Part shown: positions 1-8,625 of the stretch, piece by piece
Position numbering within the stretch: the stretch's first letter is position 1
Layout: the number at the start of each line of letters is the position of its first letter
Assembly: GCA_036406235.1 (NCBI GenBank)
Contig: DASWVO010000207.1
Span: 1-39,976, forward strand
Direction: 5' to 3'
Source of the DNA: Opitutaceae bacterium
Lineage (GTDB): Bacteria > Verrucomicrobiota > Verrucomicrobiia > Opitutales > Opitutaceae
DNA length: 39,976 nucleotides
Made by a program: the position numbers and the translations under genes
Notes under the pieces: generated by a model
Told to the model about the DNA's origin: nothing
Seen by the model: the letters and a program-made list of their open reading frames with translations, nothing else
Databases searched by the model: none

Positions 1-141
1 GTCGGACTGATGCGGAACGGAGCGGGCGAGACCCACGTTTTCCTGCTGAACCCGGCCCGCAGTCAGAAGTCCGCGCTCGGCGAACTGACCAGCTTGCTGA
101 GCGGTCTGCTGGCGTCGCTAGGTTCGCTGTCGCTCTTCTAG
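1..141 (+). CDS. 3' end of an upstream CDS (partial, hypothetical); frame 1 reads ...VGLMRNGAGETHVFLLNPARSQKSALGELTSLLSGLLASLGSLSLF and stops at TAG 139-141
   Basis: Open frame running off the left edge with GC3-rich codon usage typical of this genome. No recognisable family. Confidence 0.35.
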   Translation, partial: VGLMRNGAGETHVFLLNPARSQKSALGELTSLLSGLLASLGSLSLF

Positions 142-165
142 TCCTGGTGTCCCCGCGCGGTCCCT

Positions 166-918
166 CTAGAAAAGCTCCGTCTGCAGCGGTTCGGAGGCAC
201 CGGGGGACGTGGGTTCGGATTGCGCCGGTCGCGCCGCCGCCTTGGGCATCAACGCCTGGTGCAGAGGGCAGCGGTCGAGCGCAATCGTTGTCCCGCGGCG
301 GTATTGATCCAGCAAATACTGGGAGCGTTGGGCGAGCATCCGGCGCACCTCGCGACGGCGGCCTTTCACGCGAGGAATCGTCATGCTGTCGTAGGCGGTC
401 GTCTGGTGGCGGAGCCACGCGATCGTCGCCGCTTCGGCGCGCTGTTCGATCGGAATGCGCTGCGTGCGGGCCACGGTTCCGCTGCCCACCGGGACGGCAT
501 GGACCGTGATTCGCCCGGCCAGGAGATCCGCCTGTTCCCGGTAGCGCGGGTGAAAAGCGAGAAACGCGAGCACCGCGCTTCGAAAGCCACCGACATAAGT
601 TTCCTGGGCGAGCGCGCGACGCCGGCGGCCCGTCTCGAGCTTCTGCCGGTAGGCCGGATCGCGCCGCTCGCCGGCCAGCTCGGCGCGCAGCGCCTCGATG
701 CGATCGGCCGGCGCCCAGATGCCGCGGGAGAAATGCTTCCGCCCCTTCACCTCGATCATCGTCCATGAAGGGCCGTCGGCCTTGATGCGACGACTGAGAG
801 CGGCGTCTCCGGGCGGGAGCAGCGACCAATGCGTGGGGACAGGCAGCACCGTTCCCTCGGCGGTGAACACATGGCGCGGCTTCTGACACGGACGAACTTC
901 GCGGGTCTGCAAAGGCAC
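166..918 (-). CDS. hypothetical protein, possibly DUF2293-like. The track's first codon is GTG; an in-frame ATG alternative start lies at 757-759.
   Basis: 250-aa ORF with protein-like composition. The overlapping plus-strand ORFs are Arg-rich artefacts. A conserved-looking C-terminal block AATIAWLRHQTTAYDSM...EVRRMLAQRS resembles what I recall of DUF2293. Confidence 0.55.
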   Translation of the reverse strand: MPLQTREVRPCQKPRHVFTAEGTVLPVPTHWSLLPPGDAALSRRIKADGPSWTMIEVKGRKHFSRGIWAPADRIEALRAELAGERRDPAYRQKLETGRRRRALAQETYVGGFRSAVLAFLAFHPRYREQADLLAGRITVHAVPVGSGTVARTQRIPIEQRAEAATIAWLRHQTTAYDSMTIPRVKGRRREVRRMLAQRSQYLLDQYRRGTTIALDRCPLHQALMPKAAARPAQSEPTSPGASEPLQTELF

Positions 919-1194
919 GCGAAAGGGGATGCAACCTTGTCGCCGGCCTCAAGCGAAAGGTGAATGCGTGCAGAAACGGTTGCGGGCGCCGGGAAAGGGA
1001 GGACGCGACCTCCGGGCGCTCCGCCTTCGACAGAGGTCGCCCGAAACGGCCCGCTCGGAGAGCGGTCCTGCCAGCGTCCGGCTAACCTTCAGGTCCGGCC
1101 TGCAAACCCGGAATGGCTTTGGATGCAAGCCACGAGCCGGAACCTTGGAGCCCTTGCCGGGGTCCGCGTCGCGTCCGAGATATTCCTGCCGACC

Positions 1195-3606
1195 ATGCGA
1201 ATCAAAGCGCACATGGCTCAGGTCGCCGCGGATGCGCGCTACGCGCTCCGGCAGCTGGCAAAAACGCCGGCGTATAGCCTGGTCGTCATCCTTACGTTTG
1301 CGCTCGGGATCGGCGCCTGCAGCGCGATCCTCACCGTTGTCGATTCGATCCTGTTGCGACCGATCGCGTATCCCGACTCCGACCGGTTGATGATGCTGCA
1401 CGAGGTGGATTCGCACGGCGCCGTCACCGGAGTTTCACCGGCCAGTGTTCGAGCTTGGATGCAGGATGCCGACTGCTTCGAAAGCATTGCCGTTCGGAAC
1501 GTCGGCGAGGACAACTTTTTCACTCGCGATGCGGCGCTTCGGCTGACGATCACCGCGGTGACGGGGCGCTATTTCGAAACGCTTCGGGTGCCGGCTGCCC
1601 ACGGTCGTCTTATCTCCACCATCGACGACGTCCTCGGCCAGAACACCGTGGCGGTCCTGAGCCACGCGTTCTGGCAACAGCAGTTTGGGGGCGACGTTGC
1701 GGTCGTCGGAACCGAGGTTCGTGTCAACGGCCAGCCGGTCACCGTGATCGGCATCCTGCCCAGAGGCTTCGAATCGGATGCAGATCAGGTCTTTGTCCCC
1801 CTCGGCCTGCCCGATGAATTCTGGGCGACCCCGGCTCCAATTTTGTCGTCGGCGATCGGCCGCTTGAAACCGGGCGTCACTGTCGACCAAGCGCGGCAGC
1901 AGCTCAATCTGCTCGCGGGGCGGTTGGGAAAAGACTCGCCCGACAAGAAAGACTGGAAGGTGCAGGTGACGCCGCTTCTCGAATTCAAGACGCGGGCGGT
2001 GCGGCCGACGTTTCTTGCGCTGTTCGGCGCCGTATCGCTGCTCCTGTTGATCGCGTGTGCGAACATCGCGAATCTGATCCTCGTCCGAAACACGGCCCGC
2101 CATCGCGAGCTGCTCGTTCGCTCTGCGCTGGGGGCGAGCCGGGGACGGATTGTCCGCCAACTGCTGACGGAGAGCCTGATCCTCGCCGCGATCGGAGGGC
2201 TCGCGGGCTTGGTTGTGGCAAAAGTGGGCGTCGACGCGATCCTCGCCGTCGCGCCGGAGAACCTGCCGCGGGCGGATGAAGTCGCCCTCGATCCGCGGGC
2301 GCTTGCGTTCACGTTGACGCTCACGGTGCTCACCGGTCTCGGCGTCGGATTGGCCCCGGCCTGGTCCAGCGCGCCGGCAAGCCTTGCGGACGCGCTCAAA
2401 GGCTACAGCGGCGGGGGAGGCGGCGGTCGAACGACGCGTTTTATGCGCGAGTTTCTCGTGGTGGGAGAGCTTTCCCTCGCGCTGGTCCTGCTGGCGGGCG
2501 CGGGCCTGCTCCTTCGCAGCTTCGTGCGCCTGGCGCAGGTCGATCCGGGATTCCGCCCGGAGCAGGCCCTGATGTTCAACGTGTATTCCGGCTACCTCGA
2601 CGCGGAAAAGGAAAAGATCCGGACGGTTGCCGATGCCGTGGTCAACCGCTTCCGCTCGCTGCCCGGCGTGCATTCGGTGGGCGTGTCGTATGCCGCGCCT
2701 TTTTCCGGTGCGTCATACCCCGCCACGCTGGACATCGAAGGCCGCCCTGTGCCGGTCAACGAGCGCCCCTCGACGGCGTATTTTCCGGTGAATCCCGACT
2801 ATTTTCGGGCGCTGGGAATTCCACTTCTCCACGGCCGCCTTTTCACCGATCACGACCGCCCGGGCGCGCTCCTGGTCGCCATCGTCAGCCAGGCGGTGGC
2901 CGACCGCTACTTCGGAGGAAAAGCGGCGATCGGGCGGCGAATCCGCCTGCGCGGCGAGCCGGAGCCTTGGCGCGAGATCGTCGGCGTGGTCGGGGACGTG
3001 AAAGACAAGGGTTTGCGGGCGGAGTCGTTGCCGCAGATCTACGAACCGTTCGCACAATTGCCGACGCCCGCCATGACCTTCGTCGTGCGCGGAGACGCAT
3101 CGTACGCGACGCTGGCCCCCGCGTTGCGGCGCGAGCTGCGTGCTGTCAATCCGGAGGTGCCGGTCGCCCGCATCGACACCCTCGATCAGCTCGTGGCCAA
3201 CTCGGTCGCACGCGAGCGCCTCGCCGCTCTCATTCTTCTCTGCTTCTCTCTCGCGGCGCTGATCGTCGCCGTGTCGGGAATATACACGGTGACCTCCTTT
3301 GCGGTGACTCAGCGCACGCGTGAGTTCGGCATCCGCCTCGCGCTGGGAGCGCGGCCGGCCGATTTGCGACGGCTGGTGTTTTCCCGAATCGCGCGCCTGG
3401 TCGGGTTCGCGTTGCTCGCGGGTGGAGGAGGCGTGCTGGTCGTGCGCCGGTTGTTCGAGAGCCTCTTGTATCAGACGGCTCCTTACGACCCGATCGTGCT
3501 GGGTTTACTCGCGGTTTTGCTCGCTGGCGTGGCGTTGGTCGCAGGCTGGGGGCCCTCCCGGCGGGCAGCCACGGCCGATCCCGTCGTCGCTCTCCGGGCA
3601 GAGTAA
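1195..3606 (+). CDS. ABC transporter permease, ADOP/FtsX family (duplicated MacB-like periplasmic core domain plus FtsX domains)
   Basis: N-terminus MRIKAHMAQVAADARYALRQLAKTPAYSLVVILTFALGIGACSAILTVVDSILLRPIAYPDSDRLMMLHE is the classic ADOP start. Two permease modules with TM clusters are present; the protein ends at TAA 3604-3606. The track ORF start at 964 is an upstream extension, and an alternative ATG lies at 1213. Confidence 0.85.
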   Translation: MRIKAHMAQVAADARYALRQLAKTPAYSLVVILTFALGIGACSAILTVVDSILLRPIAYPDSDRLMMLHEVDSHGAVTGVSPASVRAWMQDADCFESIAVRNVGEDNFFTRDAALRLTITAVTGRYFETLRVPAAHGRLISTIDDVLGQNTVAVLSHAFWQQQFGGDVAVVGTEVRVNGQPVTVIGILPRGFESDADQVFVPLGLPDEFWATPAPILSSAIGRLKPGVTVDQARQQLNLLAGRLGKDSPDKKDWKVQVTPLLEFKTRAVRPTFLALFGAVSLLLLIACANIANLILVRNTARHRELLVRSALGASRGRIVRQLLTESLILAAIGGLAGLVVAKVGVDAILAVAPENLPRADEVALDPRALAFTLTLTVLTGLGVGLAPAWSSAPASLADALKGYSGGGGGGRTTRFMREFLVVGELSLALVLLAGAGLLLRSFVRLAQVDPGFRPEQALMFNVYSGYLDAEKEKIRTVADAVVNRFRSLPGVHSVGVSYAAPFSGASYPATLDIEGRPVPVNERPSTAYFPVNPDYFRALGIPLLHGRLFTDHDRPGALLVAIVSQAVADRYFGGKAAIGRRIRLRGEPEPWREIVGVVGDVKDKGLRAESLPQIYEPFAQLPTPAMTFVVRGDASYATLAPALRRELRAVNPEVPVARIDTLDQLVANSVARERLAALILLCFSLAALIVAVSGIYTVTSFAVTQRTREFGIRLALGARPADLRRLVFSRIARLVGFALLAGGGGVLVVRRLFESLLYQTAPYDPIVLGLLAVLLAGVALVAGWGPSRRAATADPVVALRAE

Positions 3607-3778
3607 TCCTGAACGCCGGCTTGGAGCTCACACCTGCGCGACCCGATAAAAAAACGCGTCCTCCCTGTCCTTGTCGCGGCCGTTCATTCGTTGTCATCGC
3701 GAAAGGACGCGTTGATGGCCGCCGGCCGGCACCGTTCTTCAATCCGAAATCCAAAACCAACCTTAAGGAAATCCCACG

Positions 3779-4213
3779 ATGCGAGTCATGGTCATAATCA
3801 AGGCGACGAAGAACTCCGAGGCTGGCGTGATGCCGGGCGAGCAGCTGCTCGCGGAGATGGGCAAGTTCAACGAGGAGCTCGTCAACGCCGGTGTGATGCT
3901 GGCCGGGGACGGTCTGCACCCGAGCAGCCGGGGCAAGCGTGTGCGAATCTCCGGCGGCCGGAAGACGATCGTCGACGGGCCGTTCCCCGAGACCAGCCAG
4001 CTCGTCGCGGGCTACTGGATCTGGAAGGTGAAATCGATGGACGAGGCGGTGGAGTGGGTGAACCGCTGTCCGGACCCAATGCCGGGAGAGAATGCGGAAC
4101 TCGAGCTGCGTCCGCTCTTTGAGATGGAGGATTTCGGCGGCGAGCTCACGCCGGAGCTGCGCGCGCAGGAAGACCGGTTGCGCATGGAAGTCGAACGCCA
4201 GCGGGGCGCGTGA
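3779..4213 (+). CDS. YciI-like (YCII-related, DGPF motif) protein
   Basis: 144 aa with the IVDGPF motif and YciI-like length and pattern. An AAGGA Shine-Dalgarno sits 9 nt upstream of the ATG. Confidence 0.75.
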   Translation: MRVMVIIKATKNSEAGVMPGEQLLAEMGKFNEELVNAGVMLAGDGLHPSSRGKRVRISGGRKTIVDGPFPETSQLVAGYWIWKVKSMDEAVEWVNRCPDPMPGENAELELRPLFEMEDFGGELTPELRAQEDRLRMEVERQRGA

Positions 4214-4496
4214 AATCCAACGTTTCCCCGTAAAGAACTCCGGAGGTCGCGAACCGGCGCGCTTGCGCGGGCCCTCCCGACCTGCGTCCGTGCCCTCAGA
4301 CCCACGGGCTTCCGGCCGCCGCGCCGTGGGCTGAAGTCCACCGGCCAACCACCGGCGGACTGCGGCCGTACTCGAGCCCACGCCGGCGCCGCGTCCGCAA
4401 TTCTTCACATCCGCCTGCGAATAACCGCGGAATAAGTCCGCATTTTTTGCGTTTGCCGCGCCCGCCACCGGCGTCTCAATCGGGGGTTCTTTTTTC

Positions 4497-7400
4497 ATGT
4501 ATCTCAAGGCGCTAAAGCTCCACGGATTCAAATCCTTTGCCGATCCCTCCACCTTGCGTTTCGAACCTGGCGTGACCGCCGTGGTAGGCCCCAACGGCTG
4601 CGGCAAATCCAACATCGCCGACGGTATCCGCTGGGTGCTCGGCGAGCAGAGCGCGAAGGCGCTGCGTGGCGGCAAGATGCAGGATGTGATCTTCGAGGGC
4701 GCCGACACCCGCAAGCCCGCCCAGATGTGCGAGGTTTCGCTGCTGCTCACCGAGTGCGAGAAGCAGCTCGGCAGTGAGTTTCACGAGATCGAGATCATGC
4801 GTCGCGTCTACCGTGACGGACAGAGCGAATACTTTTTCAACGGCCAGCCGTGCCGGCTGAAGGACATCCACAAGCTTTTCATGGATACCGGCATTGGCCG
4901 GACCAGCTACTCGATCATGGCGCAGGGCCAGATCGACCAGATCCTCTCCTCCAAGCCGGAGGAACGCCGCGCCGTTTTCGAAGAAGCCGCCGGCATCACC
5001 AAGTACAAGGCGCAGCGCCGCGAAGCGCTGCAGAAGCTCGCCCTCACCGACCAGAATCTCGCGCGCGTGGCCGACGTCATCACCGAGGTCGGCCGGCAGA
5101 TCGGCTCGCTCCGCCGGCAGGCGTCGAAGGCCCTGCGTTACAAGCGCATCAGCTATCGCCTGCGGCACCTCAGCCTCGCCTACAGCGCCTATCATCACGC
5201 GCAGCTGAGCGCGGTGATCGCCGAACTCGAGGGCAAACTCACCACGCTGCGCGCCGAAGCCGACACGCGCCGCGGCAAACTCGAGGAAGAGCAGGCCGCG
5301 CTCGAAGAGAAGAAGGCCGAACGGTCGCGCCTTAACCAGCGCGTGCAGGATGCGCAGCAGGCGGTGTTCGATCTGCGCTCACAGAAGGAGCAGGCCGAAA
5401 ACGCGGCCAACCTCGCGCAGATCAAGCGCAGCGGCCTGCAGGACCGCCTGGAATCGTCGAAGGAAAATCTCGGCGAGCTCGACATGCAGTTGCGCGAACT
5501 CGCCGCGCAGGTCGACAGCGGCGCGCAGGACAAGGAGCAGCAGCTCTCGCTGCTCGGCTCCTCCGACGCGGTGTTTCAGAATCGCAACCGTGAGGTCGCA
5601 GTCATCGAGGCGGAGCTCGGCAAAATCGAGCAGGAGCTGCAGCAAGCGAAGTTCCAGATGCTCCAGATGGAGAGCACGGTCGCGCGCCTGCGTACGGATT
5701 GTACGAGTTACGAGGTCGACCAAAAGACGTCGGCGCAGCGCCACGATGCGCTCGTCGCCGAGATTGAAAACGTGCGCCAGCAGCAGGCCTCGGTGGCGCA
5801 GGTCGTCGCCGAACTGGAGATGCGCGTGGAGGAATCGCTCGCCGACAAGGCGCGCATTCACAACGAGTCCGTCACCGCGCAGCAGTCGATCACCGATCTC
5901 ACCCGCGAATTTCGCGATGCGCAGCGCCGCCTCCAGGAAATCGATCGCGGTCTCGCGCAGCGCAGCGCCCGTCTGAAACTGCTCCAGCAGCTCCAGGAAA
6001 AGTGGGAGGGCTTCGGCGAGGGCGCGAAGGCCGTCCTCCAGGGCCGGCTCAACGGCGCGCTCGGCGACGCCAAGGTCACGCCCATCACGCACGGCCTCGA
6101 GGTTCACCCCGCCGCCGGCAAGGCTGTCGAGGCGCTGCTCGGCTCCGCGGTCGAAGCCGTGCACGTAGCCGACGTCGCGACGGCACAGCGCATCCTCACG
6201 CAGCTCGAGGCCGAGCAGATCGGCAGCGCGGTGCTCCAGGTCGCCGAGTATCGACAAAATGGACACAACGGCACGCACGAGCTGCCCGCGTTTCTCCAGC
6301 CAGCCACGACCGCGCTCGTCAACACCGACACCGCGCACCCCGCCACGGCGCTGCTCGGGTCCTGCTACCTCGCGGACGACCTCCACGCGTTCCTCGATTA
6401 CTGGAAGACGAACCCGGCCTTCAGCTTCCTCGCCGTCGCAACGCGCAAGGGCGAACTCGTCGACCGCCGCGGTCTCGTGTTCGGCGGCTTCCACAAAAAG
6501 CCCGCGAACAGCATCGTGCAGCGCGAGATCGATCTGCGCGAAACCTCCAGGGCGCTCGCCGAGGACCAGCGTCTGCACGACGAACAGAAGGCGCTCATCG
6601 ACAATCTCAACGCCCGCCTTGCCGAGGCCGAGCAGACTCTCGAGCAGAAGCGCGCCGAGGTGCTCACGGCGACGCAGCAGGTCGCCTCCGTGCAGTCAGA
6701 ACATCGCAACGCGCAGCGTTCCGTGGAAGAAGTGGCGAATCGCCTCTTGCGCATGGAAAACGAGCTCGGCTCGCTCGAGCAGGCCCGCAACGAAGCCCAC
6801 GAGCGCTTCGAGCGCGCGCAGGCTGGGCTCGCGGAGAGCGAGGCTCGCATCGCCGCGCATCGCGAAAAGATCGCGCAGATGGAGACGCGCACGGTCGAGT
6901 TGCGCACGGATCGCGACGTGAAGCGCGACACGCTCGGGCAGGCCCGCCTCGAGCTCGCCGAGCGCCGCCAGAAGGTCGAAGTGCTCGACCGCGGCCTCGC
7001 CGACATGGAGCGCCGCCGCGGGCAGATCGCAGAGATCCTCGTGCAGCGCCAGCAGGAGATCGAGGTGTGGACCGAGCAGGTTTCCGAGCTGGCGCAGGAG
7101 AGCGACCGCCAGCGCGCCCGCGCCGCGCAGATCGCGGAGACGTTCGTTGTCGCCCAGCAGCAGGTGGAGCAGATCCGCGGTGAACTCGTCGAAGTCGAGC
7201 GTGAGATCAACGCCGTCGAGGCCGCCCAGTATTCGCTGCGCAGCGCCTCCGAAGGCGCCCAGTCGGAGCTCGGTCGTTGCGAAGTGAAGCTCGCCGAGAG
7301 CACCTCGCGCGCGCAATTCCTCGCCGAGGACGTCACGCGCGAGTTTTCCGCCGACATCAAGACACTCGACTGGCAGCAACTCCTGTGGCGTTCCGAGGAC

Positions 7401-8408
7401 GATCCGCCGGACATGAAGCCGCTCGACCTCGATGAAGACGACGAGGAGCAGGGAGCAGGGAGCACGGAGCAGGGGACACAGACGGCGGAAGTGCCGGCCG
7501 CTGCTGCCACCCCGTCTGTCGCACCTTCAACCGAGGGCGGTGACGCCACCGCGCCCGCCACGGCTGAGGCGGCGCCGACCACTAGCAAGCGTCGCAAGAA
7601 AAAGAAGGAGCCGCGCGGCGAACCGACTGAGGCCGATCTCGCGGCGCTTGCGCAGACCGATTGGACCGCGGTGAAGACCGAGGTCGATGCCCTGCGCCAG
7701 CGCCTCAATGCCATGGGCGCGGTCAATCTCGTGGCCATCGAGGAATACGCCGAGCTCAAGCAGCGCTACGATTTCCTCAAGGGCCAGAGCGACGACCTCA
7801 TCCGTTCCAAAGAAGAACTCACCAAGGCGATCGACGAGATCAACCAGACCTCGCAGCAGCAGTTCGCCGTCACGTTCGAGCAGATCAAAAAGAACTTCAT
7901 CTACACCTTCCAGACGCTCTTCGGCGGCGGCGTGGCCAACCTCGAGTTGATCGCGACCGATGACGTGCTCGAGAGTGGCATCGAGATCACCGCGCAGCCG
8001 CCGGGCACGAAGTTGAAGAGCATCACGCTGCTCTCGGGCGGACAGAAGACGCTCACGGCGGTCGCGCTGCTCTTCGCGCTGTACATGGTGAAGCCCTCGC
8101 CGTTCTGCTTGCTCGATGAGCTGGACGCTCCGCTCGACGAGTCGAACATCGGCCGCTTCACCGACCTGTTAAAGAAATTCGTCGGCGAGTCGCAGTTCAT
8201 CATCATCACGCACAACAAGCGCACCGTCTCGGCGGCGCAGGCGATCTACGGCGTGACCATGGAGGAGCGGGGCGTCTCGAAGACCGTGTCGATGCGTTTC
8301 AATCACGAGCGCGGCGAAGCCGAGGCGCACCCGACCAACATCGCCGAGGCCGTGCGCGGCACGCGCGTGGCCGACAAGGCCGCGATCACGCTCGCCGCCG
8401 GCACCTGA
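4497..8408 (+). CDS. smc: chromosome segregation protein SMC
   Basis: N-terminal Walker A (VVGPNGCGKSNIADGIRWVLGEQSAKALRG), long coiled coils, a hinge, and C-terminal LSGGQKTLTAVALLFAL...LLDELDAPLDESN signature / Walker B / D-loop. At 1303 aa it is about 100 aa longer than typical Smc because of a disordered insert and a C-terminal tail. Confidence 0.95.
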   Translation: MYLKALKLHGFKSFADPSTLRFEPGVTAVVGPNGCGKSNIADGIRWVLGEQSAKALRGGKMQDVIFEGADTRKPAQMCEVSLLLTECEKQLGSEFHEIEIMRRVYRDGQSEYFFNGQPCRLKDIHKLFMDTGIGRTSYSIMAQGQIDQILSSKPEERRAVFEEAAGITKYKAQRREALQKLALTDQNLARVADVITEVGRQIGSLRRQASKALRYKRISYRLRHLSLAYSAYHHAQLSAVIAELEGKLTTLRAEADTRRGKLEEEQAALEEKKAERSRLNQRVQDAQQAVFDLRSQKEQAENAANLAQIKRSGLQDRLESSKENLGELDMQLRELAAQVDSGAQDKEQQLSLLGSSDAVFQNRNREVAVIEAELGKIEQELQQAKFQMLQMESTVARLRTDCTSYEVDQKTSAQRHDALVAEIENVRQQQASVAQVVAELEMRVEESLADKARIHNESVTAQQSITDLTREFRDAQRRLQEIDRGLAQRSARLKLLQQLQEKWEGFGEGAKAVLQGRLNGALGDAKVTPITHGLEVHPAAGKAVEALLGSAVEAVHVADVATAQRILTQLEAEQIGSAVLQVAEYRQNGHNGTHELPAFLQPATTALVNTDTAHPATALLGSCYLADDLHAFLDYWKTNPAFSFLAVATRKGELVDRRGLVFGGFHKKPANSIVQREIDLRETSRALAEDQRLHDEQKALIDNLNARLAEAEQTLEQKRAEVLTATQQVASVQSEHRNAQRSVEEVANRLLRMENELGSLEQARNEAHERFERAQAGLAESEARIAAHREKIAQMETRTVELRTDRDVKRDTLGQARLELAERRQKVEVLDRGLADMERRRGQIAEILVQRQQEIEVWTEQVSELAQESDRQRARAAQIAETFVVAQQQVEQIRGELVEVEREINAVEAAQYSLRSASEGAQSELGRCEVKLAESTSRAQFLAEDVTREFSADIKTLDWQQLLWRSEDDPPDMKPLDLDEDDEEQGAGSTEQGTQTAEVPAAAATPSVAPSTEGGDATAPATAEAAPTTSKRRKKKKEPRGEPTEADLAALAQTDWTAVKTEVDALRQRLNAMGAVNLVAIEEYAELKQRYDFLKGQSDDLIRSKEELTKAIDEINQTSQQQFAVTFEQIKKNFIYTFQTLFGGGVANLELIATDDVLESGIEITAQPPGTKLKSITLLSGGQKTLTAVALLFALYMVKPSPFCLLDELDAPLDESNIGRFTDLLKKFVGESQFIIITHNKRTVSAAQAIYGVTMEERGVSKTVSMRFNHERGEAEAHPTNIAEAVRGTRVADKAAITLAAGT

Positions 8409-8625
8409 ACGCGTCGTGCATTCTCTCGAACGCCTTCCAGTAGCGCGGCGCTTTAGCGCTCGCGTGTTGCTCTCCCGAACGCGGGCTCGTGTACCGCGCT
8501 GCCTCAGGCAGCCGCCACGCGACGAGGCTGGCGCGCACGGCAGACGTCCAATCTCGTCACCTCCGCTGCTACTGCGACCCTCAGTCGTATCGTAGTCGCG
8601 AGGGCCTCCTTTCCAGCTCATCCCC

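Noticed and set aside
964-1194. Upstream extension of the ADOP permease ORF starting at 964.
   Set aside because: The family's characteristic N-terminus (MRIKAHMAQ...RYALRQLAKTPAYSL) begins at the ATG at 1195. The upstream part is compositionally non-protein-like.
1435-2673. Long antisense ORFs listed in the six-frame track. Examples: 1435-2673(-), 3230-4750(-), 5379-6578(-), 6398-7759(-), 9313-10629(-), 10626-12389(-), 12386-13750(-), 13985-16405(+), 16667-18262(-), 20898-22193(-), 25320-26558(+), 26841-28409(+), 29601-30701(+), 32028-33299(+), 33510-34751(+), 34433-35410(+).
   Set aside because: All lie opposite or out of frame to genes with recognisable conserved domains. Their translations are Arg/Ala/Gly/Pro-rich low-complexity strings typical of the wrong frame in GC-rich DNA. 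None has family-like motifs.
4497-8408. Whether the SMC gene belongs to a defence system (Wadjet JetC or a Lamassu-like SMC) rather than being housekeeping smc.
   Set aside because: It has canonical Smc head motifs, a hinge and Smc-like length, and there are no JetA/B/D or LmuA-like neighbours. The downstream genes are TPR-like proteins and a hydrolase.
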